Assembly (NCBI GenBank): GCA_951406725.2
Contig: OX597832.1
Span: 64,170,001 to 64,234,000 of the forward strand
DNA length: 64,000 nucleotides
Origin: Octopus vulgaris
Taxonomy: Eukaryota
Direction of reading: 5' to 3'
In this document: positions 44,477 to 57,387 of the stretch, in pieces
Position numbering within the stretch: the first letter of the stretch is position 1
Layout of the letters: every line of letters starts with the position of its first letter
Notes under the pieces: model-generated
Told to the model about the DNA's origin: nothing
Database searches by the model: none
Seen by the model: only the letters and a program-made list of their open reading frames with translations
Made by a program: the position numbers and the translations under genes

Positions 44477-45095
44477 TTCAAGGATAAGTTTTAAAAAGAA
44501 AACTTTACTAGTGGGCAGTATATAAAAATAGACCTATTAAGGTGAAATCATATATATGTCATTATAATTCAGGGCACAGAAAATTTCTAGACTATATATA
44601 TATATAAAACAAAAAAGCAATAGCGGGCATTAAAACACTCGAACAGATAAATGATACAAAGACGGACAAGAGAAATAACAATTAGAAGCATAGGCAAAAA
44701 AAGACGGGTCATTCATGGCTTTCTTTCCTCAGTCAAGTTCCAGAGGTCACAACCATTTCGGGCCGTTACCTTTGAGATGTTTCGATCTGGTCGCCCCCAA
44801 AAAGTCTAAGCTAGGAGCATTAGACCCCTTTTAAAGAAAGCTAGCGAATGTGTACGACAACGAAGACAGAAAAATCAAACAATAAAATGGAGAACATATT
44901 ACACAATTACGAATACAAGCACCAAGAAATAACAACAGGCGTCTTTCGACTGAGAACGAATCAAACTGAGCTGGCGTGTATGAAGTGAAAGAGAGGGCCA
45001 AGAAATGTGAGAGAGGGAGATCGAGAAAAAGGAAGAAAAATGAGTGGGGAATAAAAGATAGAGTAAGAGTCGTACAAACTTTAGATACATACCTC

Positions 45096-45127
<32 letters not shown>

Positions 45128-45132
<5 letters not shown>

Positions 45133-45260
45133 GTCCCAAAACTATGGCAACCGACTTTTTTCAATTTACCGAAGCCAATTATTATCATATTTCGGGTCCG
45201 AAAATTGCAATGCAATAGTAGGATAATCAAATTTATTCGATATGACCACCTTAATAACAT
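45128..45260 (+). mobile_element. Possible Tc1/mariner-type terminal fragment inserted at TA
   Basis: TA followed by agggtgtcccaaaa resembles CAGGGTGTCCCAAAA-type TIRs. No partner TIR found. Confidence 0.35.
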
Positions 45261-45826
45261 CGGCTCTCTATTAATATTCGGGTTAAGATTATGGTCGAAT
45301 AAAATTGAAAAGAGAAATACTATAGCACGCACTCCTGAGTTTCCCTATACACACACACAGACACTTTTCTCTGTCTCTCTCGTTCTCTCTCTCTCTATGT
45401 ATATGTAGATGTATGTTTCTATGTGTGTATATAAATATATGTGTACGTGTTTATGTACACACACATACATATATATACGCATATATGTACATGATTTCTT
45501 TTATTAGTCGTAGGGCTTATAGATGAGCACATCGCAAGGAGAGCAGATTTGTGCGGGGATTTACATAAAGGAAGGGGAAAAGAGAATAACGGACAATAAA
45601 GCAAATAGGTTTAATGTTGGTAAGCGCAAACTGCGACTAGATTTCAATCTCTGTGTCGATGGCGGCGGTGTATTATTTTTCAACTCTTATATGGCGAACA
45701 CCTCGAGCAGGAGGGTTGGGCAGTATTGCAAATGTCACTACATCTGTTTATTTACCGCTTCTCTCTCGTCACAAAAAGTCTATAAAAATTAAAGCTCTTT
45801 TGTACACAACAATATGTAAGTATGTA

Positions 45827-45888
<62 letters not shown>

Positions 45889-45898
45889 AATACATACT

Positions 45899-45959
<61 letters not shown>

Positions 45960-46073
45960 CTGTGTGTGTGTAACAAAACATTATTTAGACAAAAAGGTTT
46001 TTTAGCGTTCGGAAACAGGAACAAGAAAACAAAATGAAAAAGAAAACTAACAATAAGAACTGAAACCAGCATA

Positions 46074-46138
<65 letters not shown>

Positions 46139-46187
46139 CATACATATGTGTGTGAGCGTGTACGAAGCCACATAGACAGCTATCGGT

Positions 46188-46228
<41 letters not shown>

Positions 46229-46573
46229 TACATGATGAATAAAGCAGAATGTTCAAAATTTTTTGGTTTAGCTCCAAAAATTTATCTACTCCGCTCATCA
46301 GTCATTTATCTAAATATGTGTCTGCTCCGCTATTCACGCAGTTAAAAATGAGTTTTCCTTCTGTGGTCTATTCATTTGGTCCCTAATCTAGTTTTTCCTT
46401 TCATGGAAATTCCGCCATTTTGTCTGACTTAGAAAATCGTATAAAAAAGATGGCGGAAACGTTGATTGATATTGTTGTTGTTGAATTACTTTTGAAATAC
46501 GTGATTGATGATGTTAGAAATATTACGTTGTAGATAGCATTGTCGTTATTCTTTCAAAAGGAAACGAAGCTGC

Positions 46574-46624
<51 letters not shown>

Positions 46625-46659
46625 GTTTCTAGCATCTATAATTTGTCTAACATACTAAT

Positions 46660-47108
46660 AATGATGGTCTCTAACATTGGCACAAGGCCACACATACTCA
46701 GAGGAAGAATGAGATCAATTTCATCGAAGCCAATACTTGATTGGTTCTTATTTCATTCTGAAAAATGATGAAAGTTTAATGTCTACCTTGATGGAATTTG
46801 AAATTAGAATGTAAAGGTGCGTTACTGCGTTTCTCAAACGTAGACAGCGACAGCTTCAACGGATTTTTTCTTGTCAATCTCCGTGATAAAAAATAACTCC
46901 TCATTTCGGTACATTGGCAGCAACTTTTGGGGCAGAGGAAAGTCGATTAAATCGATCCCCGTACTGAACGGGTACCTTATTTGTCGAACCCCAAAAGATG
47001 AAAGGTAAACTCGACCTCAGAACGTGAAGGGGCTGAAGAAATGCTGCTATGCATTTTGTCCAGCGCGATCACAATGTTGCCAACTCCTTGCTTTTGATAA
47101 TAATATTG

Positions 47109-47197
<89 letters not shown>

Positions 47198-47214
47198 AAA
47201 AAGAAGAAAAAGAA

Positions 47215-47245
<31 letters not shown>

Positions 47246-47570
47246 AAAAAGAAGAAAAAGAAGAAAAAGAAAAAGAAAAAGAAAAAGAAAAAGAAAAAGA
47301 AGAAGATGAAGAAGTAGAAGAAAAGAAGAAGAAGAAGAAGAAGAAGAAGAAGAAGAAGAAGAAGAAGAAGAAGAAGAAGAAGAAGAAGAATGCCAGAAAT
47401 TCGAGAGGAGCGTTTAATCGATTACAGCGAATTAAGTTCCTGATTGAACCTTTATTTTGCCGACACCAGAGTTATGAAAAGTTAAGTCGATCTGATTGGG
47501 ATTTGAACGTAGAACATAGAGCCTGGAAAAATACCGCAAAGCACTTTGTTCGACGCAAACCATTGAGCTT
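46660..47570 (-). mobile_element. Cluster of three decayed minus-strand SINE A copies (about 46660-46830, 46905-47092, 47390-47570) interleaved with (AAT)n/(AAG)n
   Basis: ggcacaaggcc, atgaaagg.aaa.tcgacc and atttgaac blocks. Confidence 0.7.
47097..47390. repeat. (AAT)n-(AAG)n-(AAAAAG)n compound microsatellite
   Basis: Directly visible. Confidence 0.97.
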
Positions 47571-48628
47571 AAAAATGATAATTATTAGGTTCTGTTACAA
47601 TAAAGTAGTGGTTGCATCAAAGGCTTCCGGATAATTCGAGGCTGTCTTATAATCTGCATTATCGCTCTTTAGCGACATTGAATTCTTTTCACAAGGATAT
47701 TGCATCATTCCTTGAAGATATATTTAGGTAGTTTAGTCGAGAAGGAAGTGGTGTGCTGCTCGTGACGATTTCCATGAGCTCCAAGAGTAGTGAAAAGGAA
47801 GGACGGAGGCAGGGAGGGAGTAAAGTAACGAATGAAAATAATTTTCTGAGTAGACGCATAACGAAGCGCCCCCATGCCAACGAAGACATCTGAGTCAATG
47901 AATGGCGACTCACTCAGCTACAAATAACAACGAAATCGCTCAGCTTGCGAGAATTAGTAACCAAACCAGTCAAGTGACTAGAAAAGCAACAAACCCACTT
48001 AACATGCAAGAAAGAGTCAGCAAGCAACTCTTTACGTAGGTGTCGTTCAAAAATGAAGGACGTATAAAATAATGTTTGAAAACGCGTGCTGGTCATGGCC
48101 AGAACATTTGATAACATGTCCACTCATTCATGGTTGGCCTAGGGTTAAACAGCAACAGAATAATATCGAAATCAATTTGACAAAGACTACATTCGATAAT
48201 ACAGTCCTAGATAGCCAATATTAGAAAGAAAAAAGAAAAAGGATGAACATTGATGAAATGCATTCAGCTATTCGTCTGCTCGATCGATTCTCATCTGAAG
48301 CTAATAAACAACAATTGTAGAGCAAAAATATCTAAGTATTAAATATAAAACATGTTTAAACTTTCTTATTTCAGACTCTTTCTCGCTATTTGCCTGTCCC
48401 TCTACGTATGTATGTATGTATGTATGTATGTATGTATGTATGTATGTATGTATGTATGTATGTATGTATGTATGTATGTATGTATGTATTCATCTATCCA
48501 TCTTTCTATCTATCCATGCATGCATGTATGTATATATTCATCTATCTATCTATTTGTCTGTCTGCCCGTCCATCTGTCTCTTCCCCTTTATCAATCTGTC
48601 TGTCTGTGCCAGTCTGTCTTTGCCACAC

Positions 48629-48709
<81 letters not shown>

Positions 48710-49098
48710 GTTCTATCTATCTGTATTATATATCTATCTCTATTAACTACCCACCAACCTACCTGAATGAAAGAAAACAAAACAAGTGGCAATTTAGCTT
48801 TAAAATATTTCAATTGAATGATTAACTCTCTGAGTGACTAATGGAATAATTGACTAATTGGAATATTGATTGACTGATTTGTATGGAATCACTGTTAAAT
48901 TAGTTTGTTTGTCAAATCACACAAGAATACAAAAACCTTACAAAGGAGAATGAAGTATTTTGTCTTTTTAGAATAATCCTCGAAGTATCCATGTTTAGCG
49001 AGTGAACAATCGCATAGATGTATATACTATTGTTGCCGACATCGATATGTGGTATATTCTCGTGAATAAACATTGATCGCTGGAAACGGTGAAGTTGC

Positions 49099-49158
<60 letters not shown>

Positions 49159-49332
49159 CCCACTGTAAGTATTCGTCCTGTGTTAATGTAATAGTGTTCT
49201 CTTGACGGATCTTTGTGAATCTACATCCAAATGCACTATTAACATCCACTGCAGGGGATGCACATATCCACAACGGTGAAACGTGCGTAGGAGGCAAATG
49301 ATATAAACTGCAGTGTATTTATCCTATATTTT

Positions 49333-49459
<127 letters not shown>

Positions 49460-49471
49460 ATATGATGCAAA

Positions 49472-49519
<48 letters not shown>

Positions 49520-49599
49520 ATACGTCTATGTTAATGATACGAGAAGTCTACAAAAGCGTATGTTGCTGTAAAATCTCAGCTATTGATAAAAAAAATCCA

Positions 49600-51290
49600 T
49601 AATTGAAAAGCGTTGATGAAGAAATAAACGGTCTTCGTATGACACAAATTGATTCCCAGTACGCCCTCTTGTGTGTAACGAAGAAACAATATCCATGAGA
49701 CTAGTGTGGTCAATAGTATTCAGATACATTAAACACGTTATGTGTAAAAGACAAACAGTTTAGCTGATACAGGAATTATAAAAGCTAATCCTGTCTACTG
49801 TACAATAAACATATTCTCAGAAAATCACTCCCTTTATCTCTTGTCTACCTGACATTATCACCTTTACCCAATTTGCTGGAACACATGAAGTCCGAAACAA
49901 TTGCTATAAGAGGACAATTGACCATATATTGTATGTAGAACACATGTATGCCCCGATGGGAAGCAAGGAGAATTACTGCTACAGAGTGCACAAGGTTTTA
50001 CTAGAAGAATTGATGAGATTCGGGTCAGAGAAAATGTGAAAGTAATTTTAACAATGGGGAGAAAATTAATTAAGATGACTGATATCAGATTAGATTAGAA
50101 ATAAAGAAACAGACATAATTAGACAAATTATATTCCGAGGAAACACTTAGGAACCACCGGATTAGACAGTACAGTACACAGAAGTGAACGAAAAGACAAG
50201 AAAGGAGTATTACAGATACATTTGATCTATTATTTAAAACATGTAAATGTAAAAATATTCATGTTATTACTATGATAAGTTATTGTAATAATATTCTCAA
50301 AGGGGCACTAAATAATCTAGAAGGACTAGACAGGAAAACAAGGAAAATAATGAATACATTACTGGCAATCTGACATATAAAGATTATATTTATTACGACT
50401 TGAGAGATTTAGGAGTTTTAAGCACCCAGAAATCTAATATAGAATGTCTAATGAAGAACTACAAAAAAGGCAATGGAAATAGTTACAAAACATGCCAAAC
50501 AGAAATAACTATAAAACACAAGGGAAACAAAAAAATTAATTCCTGTCTTCAACGAAGACGGAAAAAAACCCACAAAGAATACAAAGTAAACAACTGAACA
50601 GAAATGGAAATGACAGACAGTTTTTAGATCGAAACAAGAAACACCAGAAATTGTGGAAAAAGTTAAAAAGTAAGCTAAAATGTGTCGACGGAATACCATG
50701 TTAAAATAATGACAAGCAAAGCTGATACATGGCCGAAAAACAAAGCAAAACGAAAATAAAACGCAAAACCGAGCCACGTAGAAATAAACGAGGAAAAATT
50801 GCAGTAGAATTGGACGTGAATCGCTGAATGCAAAACTGAGACGGAAGAATTCTTAATTGCATCAGAGGATCAAAGAGTTGCCGTTAAAAACCACTGAAAT
50901 CAAGTAATGAAGCACAATACATTTAATAATTGCAGAATATGTGTAGGTGGAAAGAAACTATTAACTAAATTGTCTTTGGTTGCTCTAAGACAGAAGAATA
51001 TACATTTACGTATAAGACAGTGTTGGAGATCTTATACGTTGGAAATTATAGCAGCATTATGGAATAGCGAGAGTTGAGGTGGTGTAAACATAAATGAGAA
51101 AAGGTCCATGTGGACGCTAGTGGGATCAGACTTGGTGAGACGATTTGACATAGAGTCAGGGAGATTAAGTTAAATGGCCGGATGTTAATATCAAGGATTA
51201 CATAGAAAGGAAGTTTCTGTTAATCGAAGTTTCAGAACCTAATTAGGATAATGTCTCAATTTAAAATTACTTGGAAAATTATCTAAATAT
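49600..51290 (+). mobile_element. Decayed R4/Dong-type LINE covering RT, CCHC zinc knuckle and RLE
   Basis: Collinear motifs across frameshifts: IDHILYV (YMDD region), KEYYR, LEGLDRKTRKIM, AKLIHG, ETEEFLIASEDQ, NCRIC, HYG, PDV.IKD..FLLIEVS..KLSKY. Confidence 0.8.
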
Positions 51291-51310
51291 ACAACGAACC
51301 ATTAATTACT

Positions 51311-51686
51311 TATTGGTTTCAAATTTTGATACAAGGCCAGCAATTTTGGGGGAGGGGATAATTCGATTAAATCAACCCCAGTGTTCCATTAGCAATTGTT
51401 TTAACCAATCTGAAGAATGAAACGCAAAGTCGACCTCAGTGGAATTTGAACTCAGAACGTAAAGACGGACGAAATGCTCATTATTTATATTTGACGGATA
51501 TTTGTCCTCATCTTGTTTGTTGTTGATACAAGAAACAAGATGCTTCGTTAACAACTAACAAGATGAGGACAAATATCCGTCAAATGTAAATAATGTAAAT
51601 AATTCCTCATCTCTTAAATATACAACTGAACGAAAAGCTGTTACGCAAATTGCCCGGCGTGGTAACGATTGAACCAGGTCACCGCC

Positions 51687-51742
<56 letters not shown>

Positions 51743-51920
51743 TTCTACTAAAGGCACAAGGCCTGAATAAGGGCGGGGACTAGTCGATTACATCGACCCT
51801 ACTGTTTCACTGGTACTTTATTTATCGATCTCGATAGGATGAAAGGCAAAGTCGACTTCGGAGGAATTTGAACTCATAACGAAGCGATGGGCGAAGTACT
51901 GCTATGCATTTCTTTCGGCT
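51311..51920 (-). mobile_element. Two minus-strand SINE A copies; the first (51311-51479 plus about 51630-51688) is interrupted by a fold-back insert
   Basis: aaagtcgacctc..ggaatttgaactcagaacgtaaagacggacgaaatgct resumes after the insert. Second copy at 51742-51920. Confidence 0.85.
51480..51628. mobile_element. Fold-back fragment of the same Penelope-like tail as 16566-16636
   Basis: 47-bp inverted arms at 51480-51526 and 51548-51594. The right arm continues aattcctcatctcttaaatata as at 16611-16632. Confidence 0.85.
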
Positions 51921-52194
51921 GTATGCCCTAACCGCTAAGCCACGTGCCTTCTCACGTGCGTGGCAGCATTTTCACAATTAACGTCACACTTAAATATTCT
52001 TAATTAATCGAGCAACCTACGCTGATTTAATTAGGTTTTGTCTTAATTTCACCAAAAGTCGTCCCAAATTTTCAGTTAGCCAAAATCGATGAAAAATGTA
52101 CCAGTCAGGTACTGGGGCTAATATTACCGGCTATATCATCATACCCCACCACCATCTAAACATTTGTGAGGTTGTGCCGTTATTCAAGATATTC

Positions 52195-52790
52195 CATCTC
52201 CCCACCATCACTACCAGTAGCAGCACCGCCACCACCACCATTATCACCAACAGCATCAGCAAGAACACTACCACGACGACGACGACCACCATCACTACTG
52301 CCACTACCATTACCACCACCTGCAACATCATCTCCACGACCACCTCCACCACCAACGTTAGTATTATTTCACTATTATTTAAATAGTATTAATTACATAC
52401 ATTTAATTAGTAAACCAATGGCGAAATAATCCATTAAATTGTGTGTAAATAATTCTGCCTTGTGCCTGAGAATCGTAGCCATATTGTGAGAGAGAAGAAC
52501 ATCGTTATCATCACCGCCACCCAATCCCTCCACCATCAAACACAATAGCAATAACGCCAGCACCTTCGTCATCATCATCATTATGAACAAAACCACAATC
52601 ATTATTGACATCATCAACAGCAACAATAATAACCGCCACCACCGCCGCCATCATAATCACAACCGACATCTTAACTCTCACCACCACCCGTTATCGCCAC
52701 CACCTTCATCATCACCTTATGACTACCACCATTACTCTCATTGCCAATATCTTCACCGCCGTCACCGCCACCACCACCATATCCTCACTG
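52195..52790. repeat. (ACC)/(ATC)/(AAC)-rich degenerate trinucleotide low-complexity region
   Basis: Directly visible. Confidence 0.8.
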
Positions 52791-53167
52791 TCATTGTCCA
52801 ACAGGATATACCCAGATATTTGTTTATTTCGATGTCTGAACAGGAAGTTGCTAGCACCGTAACCTTTTAATATTTGCCTTTTGTGTTAGAAATCTTATAT
52901 TTACTTCCAAGACGGAATTAGAATGGTAGACATTGAGCGCAGCCTGTGTGCCAACTCTTGGTCTTGTGTTGTTTGTCAAACATTAGGAATAATAATATTT
53001 GGATATTCCTGTAACTAATCTTGGAAAATATTGGCATTGAGACTTTTGGTAGCGAGTCGAAGAAAACGAAACATTAAACATTTCCAAAGAGAAAAGGAAC
53101 AAAGAGCGGACAGCCTACGTATTGGTCTCTTACAGGTTGTAACACACAAACAACACATGCACATATG

Positions 53168-53218
<51 letters not shown>

Positions 53219-53368
53219 CATACATAATATATATATTTGGCATATTTGTATATATAGGCGCATGCTTGGGTATGTGACACCTTGTGGTTGGGAAGCAGGA
53301 AGCATGTGGTCGAGAAGCAGGCTTCTTACCACACACCCAAGCAAGCATGCGCCTATATATACACATAT

Positions 53369-53415
<47 letters not shown>

Positions 53416-53600
53416 TGTAATGCTATTAGAACTATTTTCAATGTCATTATCCTTTAGATGACTTTTACTAATTGTAATTAACGTAATAATATTAGATATA
53501 TTATGTGACAGAGTAACAGTTGAGAAAGACATATTCCTTACCACGTAAATACAATATCTATCTATCTTTCTATCTGCTTGTCTGTTCATCCACCCATGTT

Positions 53601-53684
<84 letters not shown>

Positions 53685-53701
53685 CCTACCTACCTACCTA
53701 C

Positions 53702-53814
<113 letters not shown>

Positions 53815-53855
53815 ACTTTTTCTATCCATCTGTCTGTCTAGAAATTTATTAGTAA

Positions 53856-53924
<69 letters not shown>

Positions 53925-54348
53925 TCCACACGCACGCACACACACACATGTATAATTCACAGACACACACGCGAGCGCGATGACTTGTATAATCAGATAC
54001 ATGATAAATTCGTATATAAAAAATGCGTATATGTCCGCATTTACTTCAACATAATCATATTCTTGTTACTGCAAGACTTGTACGCATGTGTATGTGTGTG
54101 TGTGTCTGTATTTTGTGAGTTTGTGTGCGCTTTAAGAGCACTTAAGCTACAATATAGAAACAGGATGTCATACAAGAGGCTTCTTCAAAGAACGCCATGT
54201 ACCGGAGCCAAAAAAATATAAAAATGAAACGAACCTGCATATTAATCAAATATTGGCATAATCACACACCTCACTTGTCAATATACCATAAAAACCACAA
54301 CTCAGAACAACTAACACATCATATATGCATACTCAGTCACACATATAT

Positions 54349-54618
54349 ATATTGTTGTGTCTGGGGAGAGTCATTCTCTTTTAGTGCCTTATTATTTAAC
54401 ACACTCACAACTCACCAGCAAAGTTTCCACTCATTTACGTTGCAAGACGCAACGAAAATTTTAGGAAAAATAAATAAGTAAATGAGTGGAAATTTTGCCG
54501 GTGAGTTGTGAGTGTGTTAAATAATAAGGCACTAAAAGAGAATGGCTCTCCTCAGACACAAAATATGCTTCTACACACGAACACACATAAAGCATCTTGC
54601 AAACCAAATCCGAAAACG

Positions 54619-54620
<2 letters not shown>
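54349..54620. mobile_element. Fold-back element with near-perfect inverted arms of about 88 bp (54349-54438 and 54478-54566)
   Basis: tgtgtctggggagagtcattctcttttagtgccttattatttaacacactcacaactcacc..ccactcatttac is mirrored by gtaaatgagtgg..ggtgagttgtgagtgtgttaaataataaggcactaaaagagaatggctctcctcagacaca. Confidence 0.85.
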
Positions 54621-54696
<76 letters not shown>

Positions 54697-55016
54697 ATTT
54701 GTTTTGTGTGTATTTAGATATCTTAATTCTTTGGAAAATGACAATCTGATTTGCTGAGAACAAAATCGATTGTATTGTTATAGAGTAATAATAGCATTTT
54801 ACGGTGGGCATCAAGTATCATTTTATTTCTAACTACGGAACTATTTGGTGGAGTAATGTAGTAATAATTCCCTCGGACTCTCACGTTGTACTTCTTGATA
54901 CTCTCTCATGTATCTAGCTTTGAATATAGTTCAATGGAATATGAGAGGCCGGTTCGTAGGTATACGATGTTTAGAGCGACGGTCGTAAAGATGTGGAAGT
55001 TATAATGAGTTTCTGA

Positions 55017-56790
55017 TAATGCAAGGACAAAATAATGGAAATAGCACTTTTGAGTTGACTATTTTCTTTTCTTTTGGTAATATGATAAATGTGAAACTGT
55101 TCTAGTGTATATATACGTGATGATGCGCATTATATATGCATTGTGGTTCATTATATAACATTGTCTGTTTGCTTAGCAGATATTTATATTTAAATAAGTT
55201 ACATTGATTTACCTAACTGGTTTCTAAAGCTGATAAATGATGGGAGAGCAGATGGCTAGAGTATGTCATTAATATTGCTGAATTCATTAAGGTTTCGTGA
55301 GAACCAGTTTCTCAAATCATGTTACCATTCCAAACCAAGATAAAATCAAACTTTGGCAAGCAGAATTTTAGATAGTAAGCAACGCTCAGAGAGAGGGTCT
55401 TCAGAAAAGTGCAACGAATCCTGTCTAAAAGCCATCGAACCACTACAGCAAAAGTGATAGCAGGGCTAAATCATAGCCTTGCCAACTCTATGTCAATAAA
55501 AACCATTCGTCCTCACCTCCAGCTAGATACCATGGGGAGGCAACAATTGCTAAATCTCTCGTCTTTCGCCTCAACGATAGTAAACAGAAAAAGTGGCTTC
55601 AACACAATCAGAAGTGGTCAATGGCTTAATGTCGTCTCTAATGAATCTTATTCACAATTTTTCCCATGTGTTTACAATGTGTTTGTTGGGGCAGAGATTG
55701 GTTTATTAAAAGGTGCAAACTGTGTACACCGGACATGGGGAAACTTAAATGAGCTTCATGAGGTGAAGAAGAAGAATGAAATAAACTGCATGTATTGGCT
55801 TACTCGTAAACAGACTAAATTCTATTATGAACAAGAGAACCACATTGTAACAATTTTTGATGTAGATACTGGTAAAATAACTAGGCAAGTCAAAATGAAT
55901 ACTGGAGAGGGAAGATTTAAAATTATACATCCATACCACAGCAGTAAGCAGTGGTGATATTAACTTATGGACCAAAAAAGGAAAAACATCTGTTAAAAAT
56001 ATCTGGAGGCATTGACTTAAATTGCGTGCAACATGATCCAGTACAAACGCATTTAATTGCCAGTGGAGGCAAAGAGAACCCTTTAAAATTATGGGACATT
56101 AATTGTCCTACAAGTCCTATCTTTGTATTTTAAAAATGTGTCTGAGAACTGGTTACTTCATTCCACAGTCTAGCAAAATCATTACTGGTACTGAGTTATA
56201 TCAGATACGACTGCCAAAAACTGGCCATCAACTGAACAAAGCACCGGCCTCCAAACCTGACTGCTTGATCTTATGCCGTGAAACATGGAGGTACTTCTGT
56301 GATGGTTTATGCAGCCATCTCGCGAAATTCTCTTGACCTTTTAGTCGTTCTACATAGCAGAGATAACACCAAGGGTTCTCTAAGTATCTCTGTTGATCAT
56401 GCTCGTCTTTTAGTTCCAAATACTGTACTCTGATGGTACAACACGTCACACATGGTTAATTTTATTCATAATTGGTATCAAGAGCAGAAAAGCGTTGTAG
56501 ACCACATGGATTCGGCGAGCCCTAACCGCACAATAGACAGATCTCAATATAATCGAACCGTTTTGGTGCATTTTGAACTTGAGGGACCGTTTCCCATCAC
56601 CAACGTTGCGGAGAGAACTGGGGCAGATTTTACTAAAAGAATAGCACAAAATTTCTCTAACAGCAGTTCAAAGCGTTTATGAGTCAATTCTTCGATGTAT
56701 GAAATATGTGATTGATGCCAAAGATGGACAACTCCATACTAAATATAACTTGCATTAGCAAGGTGTTTTCAGTATTTTGACCAACTCATG
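55017..56790 (+). mobile_element. Decayed Tc1-type DNA transposon with degenerate TIRs; transposase split into about 55250-55665 and 56211-56742
   Basis: N-part RILSKSHRTTTAKVIAGLN..SIKTIR..WLNVVSNES. C-part KPDCL..VKHGGTSVMVYAAIS..DLNIIEPFWCIL..RFPSP..VIDAKDG. Left ggacaaaataatggaaata (55025-55043) matches the revcomp of 56761-56790. Confidence 0.85.
55663..56210 (+). pseudogene. WDR74: Intronless fragment of WD repeat protein 74 (NSA1, ribosome biogenesis), 5' part of the CDS, frameshifted
   Basis: NVFVGAEIGLLKG, GEGRF, SSGDINLW, QHDPVQTHLIASGGKENPLKLWDI, KNVSENWL and FIPQSSKIITGTELYQIR parallel recalled human WDR74 motifs (VWVGTETGILKG, GEGMF, ATGGKENALKIWDL, KNVRNDWL, FLPGSQKLVTCTGYHQVR). 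Confidence 0.88.
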
Positions 56791-56819
56791 GATGCAAACA
56801 CGCATACATATGCATACAT

Positions 56820-56892
<73 letters not shown>

Positions 56893-56897
56893 TGTAT

Positions 56898-56929
<32 letters not shown>

Positions 56930-57173
56930 GCATATATATAAAAGCATATGTATATATGAGTAGATAGATATGCACACACACTGACACGCATATATATACA
57001 TATATATATACATACGCACACATATGTGTATTCATATACATATCTATAGAAAGATATTTGTCATCTATCTTACATTACATGCATGCATTGAAAGGCATGT
57101 GTGTGAGTGGCTGTGCCTGTGTGAATGTGTGTTTCTACATGTATACACACACACATATGACATATTAAGGCAT

Positions 57174-57204
<31 letters not shown>

Positions 57205-57316
57205 CGAATACACACGCACATATACGAATACACACATTTTACACATTGTGAGGTATATGTAGATCATTACCAGTTCTCATTATCCTTCAATTTCTCTGTC
57301 TCATACAATTGCACTA

Positions 57317-57387
<71 letters not shown>

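Noticed and set aside
44700-44740. Minus-strand CTGAGGA hammerhead core
   Set aside because: No proper stem II, GAAA or stem I partner could be assembled.
52096-52870. Thr/His-rich protein exons
   Set aside because: Degenerate trinucleotide low-complexity DNA that is open in several frames, with no splice or domain evidence.
55409-55957. Functional transposase-WDR74 fusion protein
   Set aside because: The ORF starts at GTG, passes through frameshifted transposase sequence and ends at a WDR74 frameshift. Both parts are decayed.
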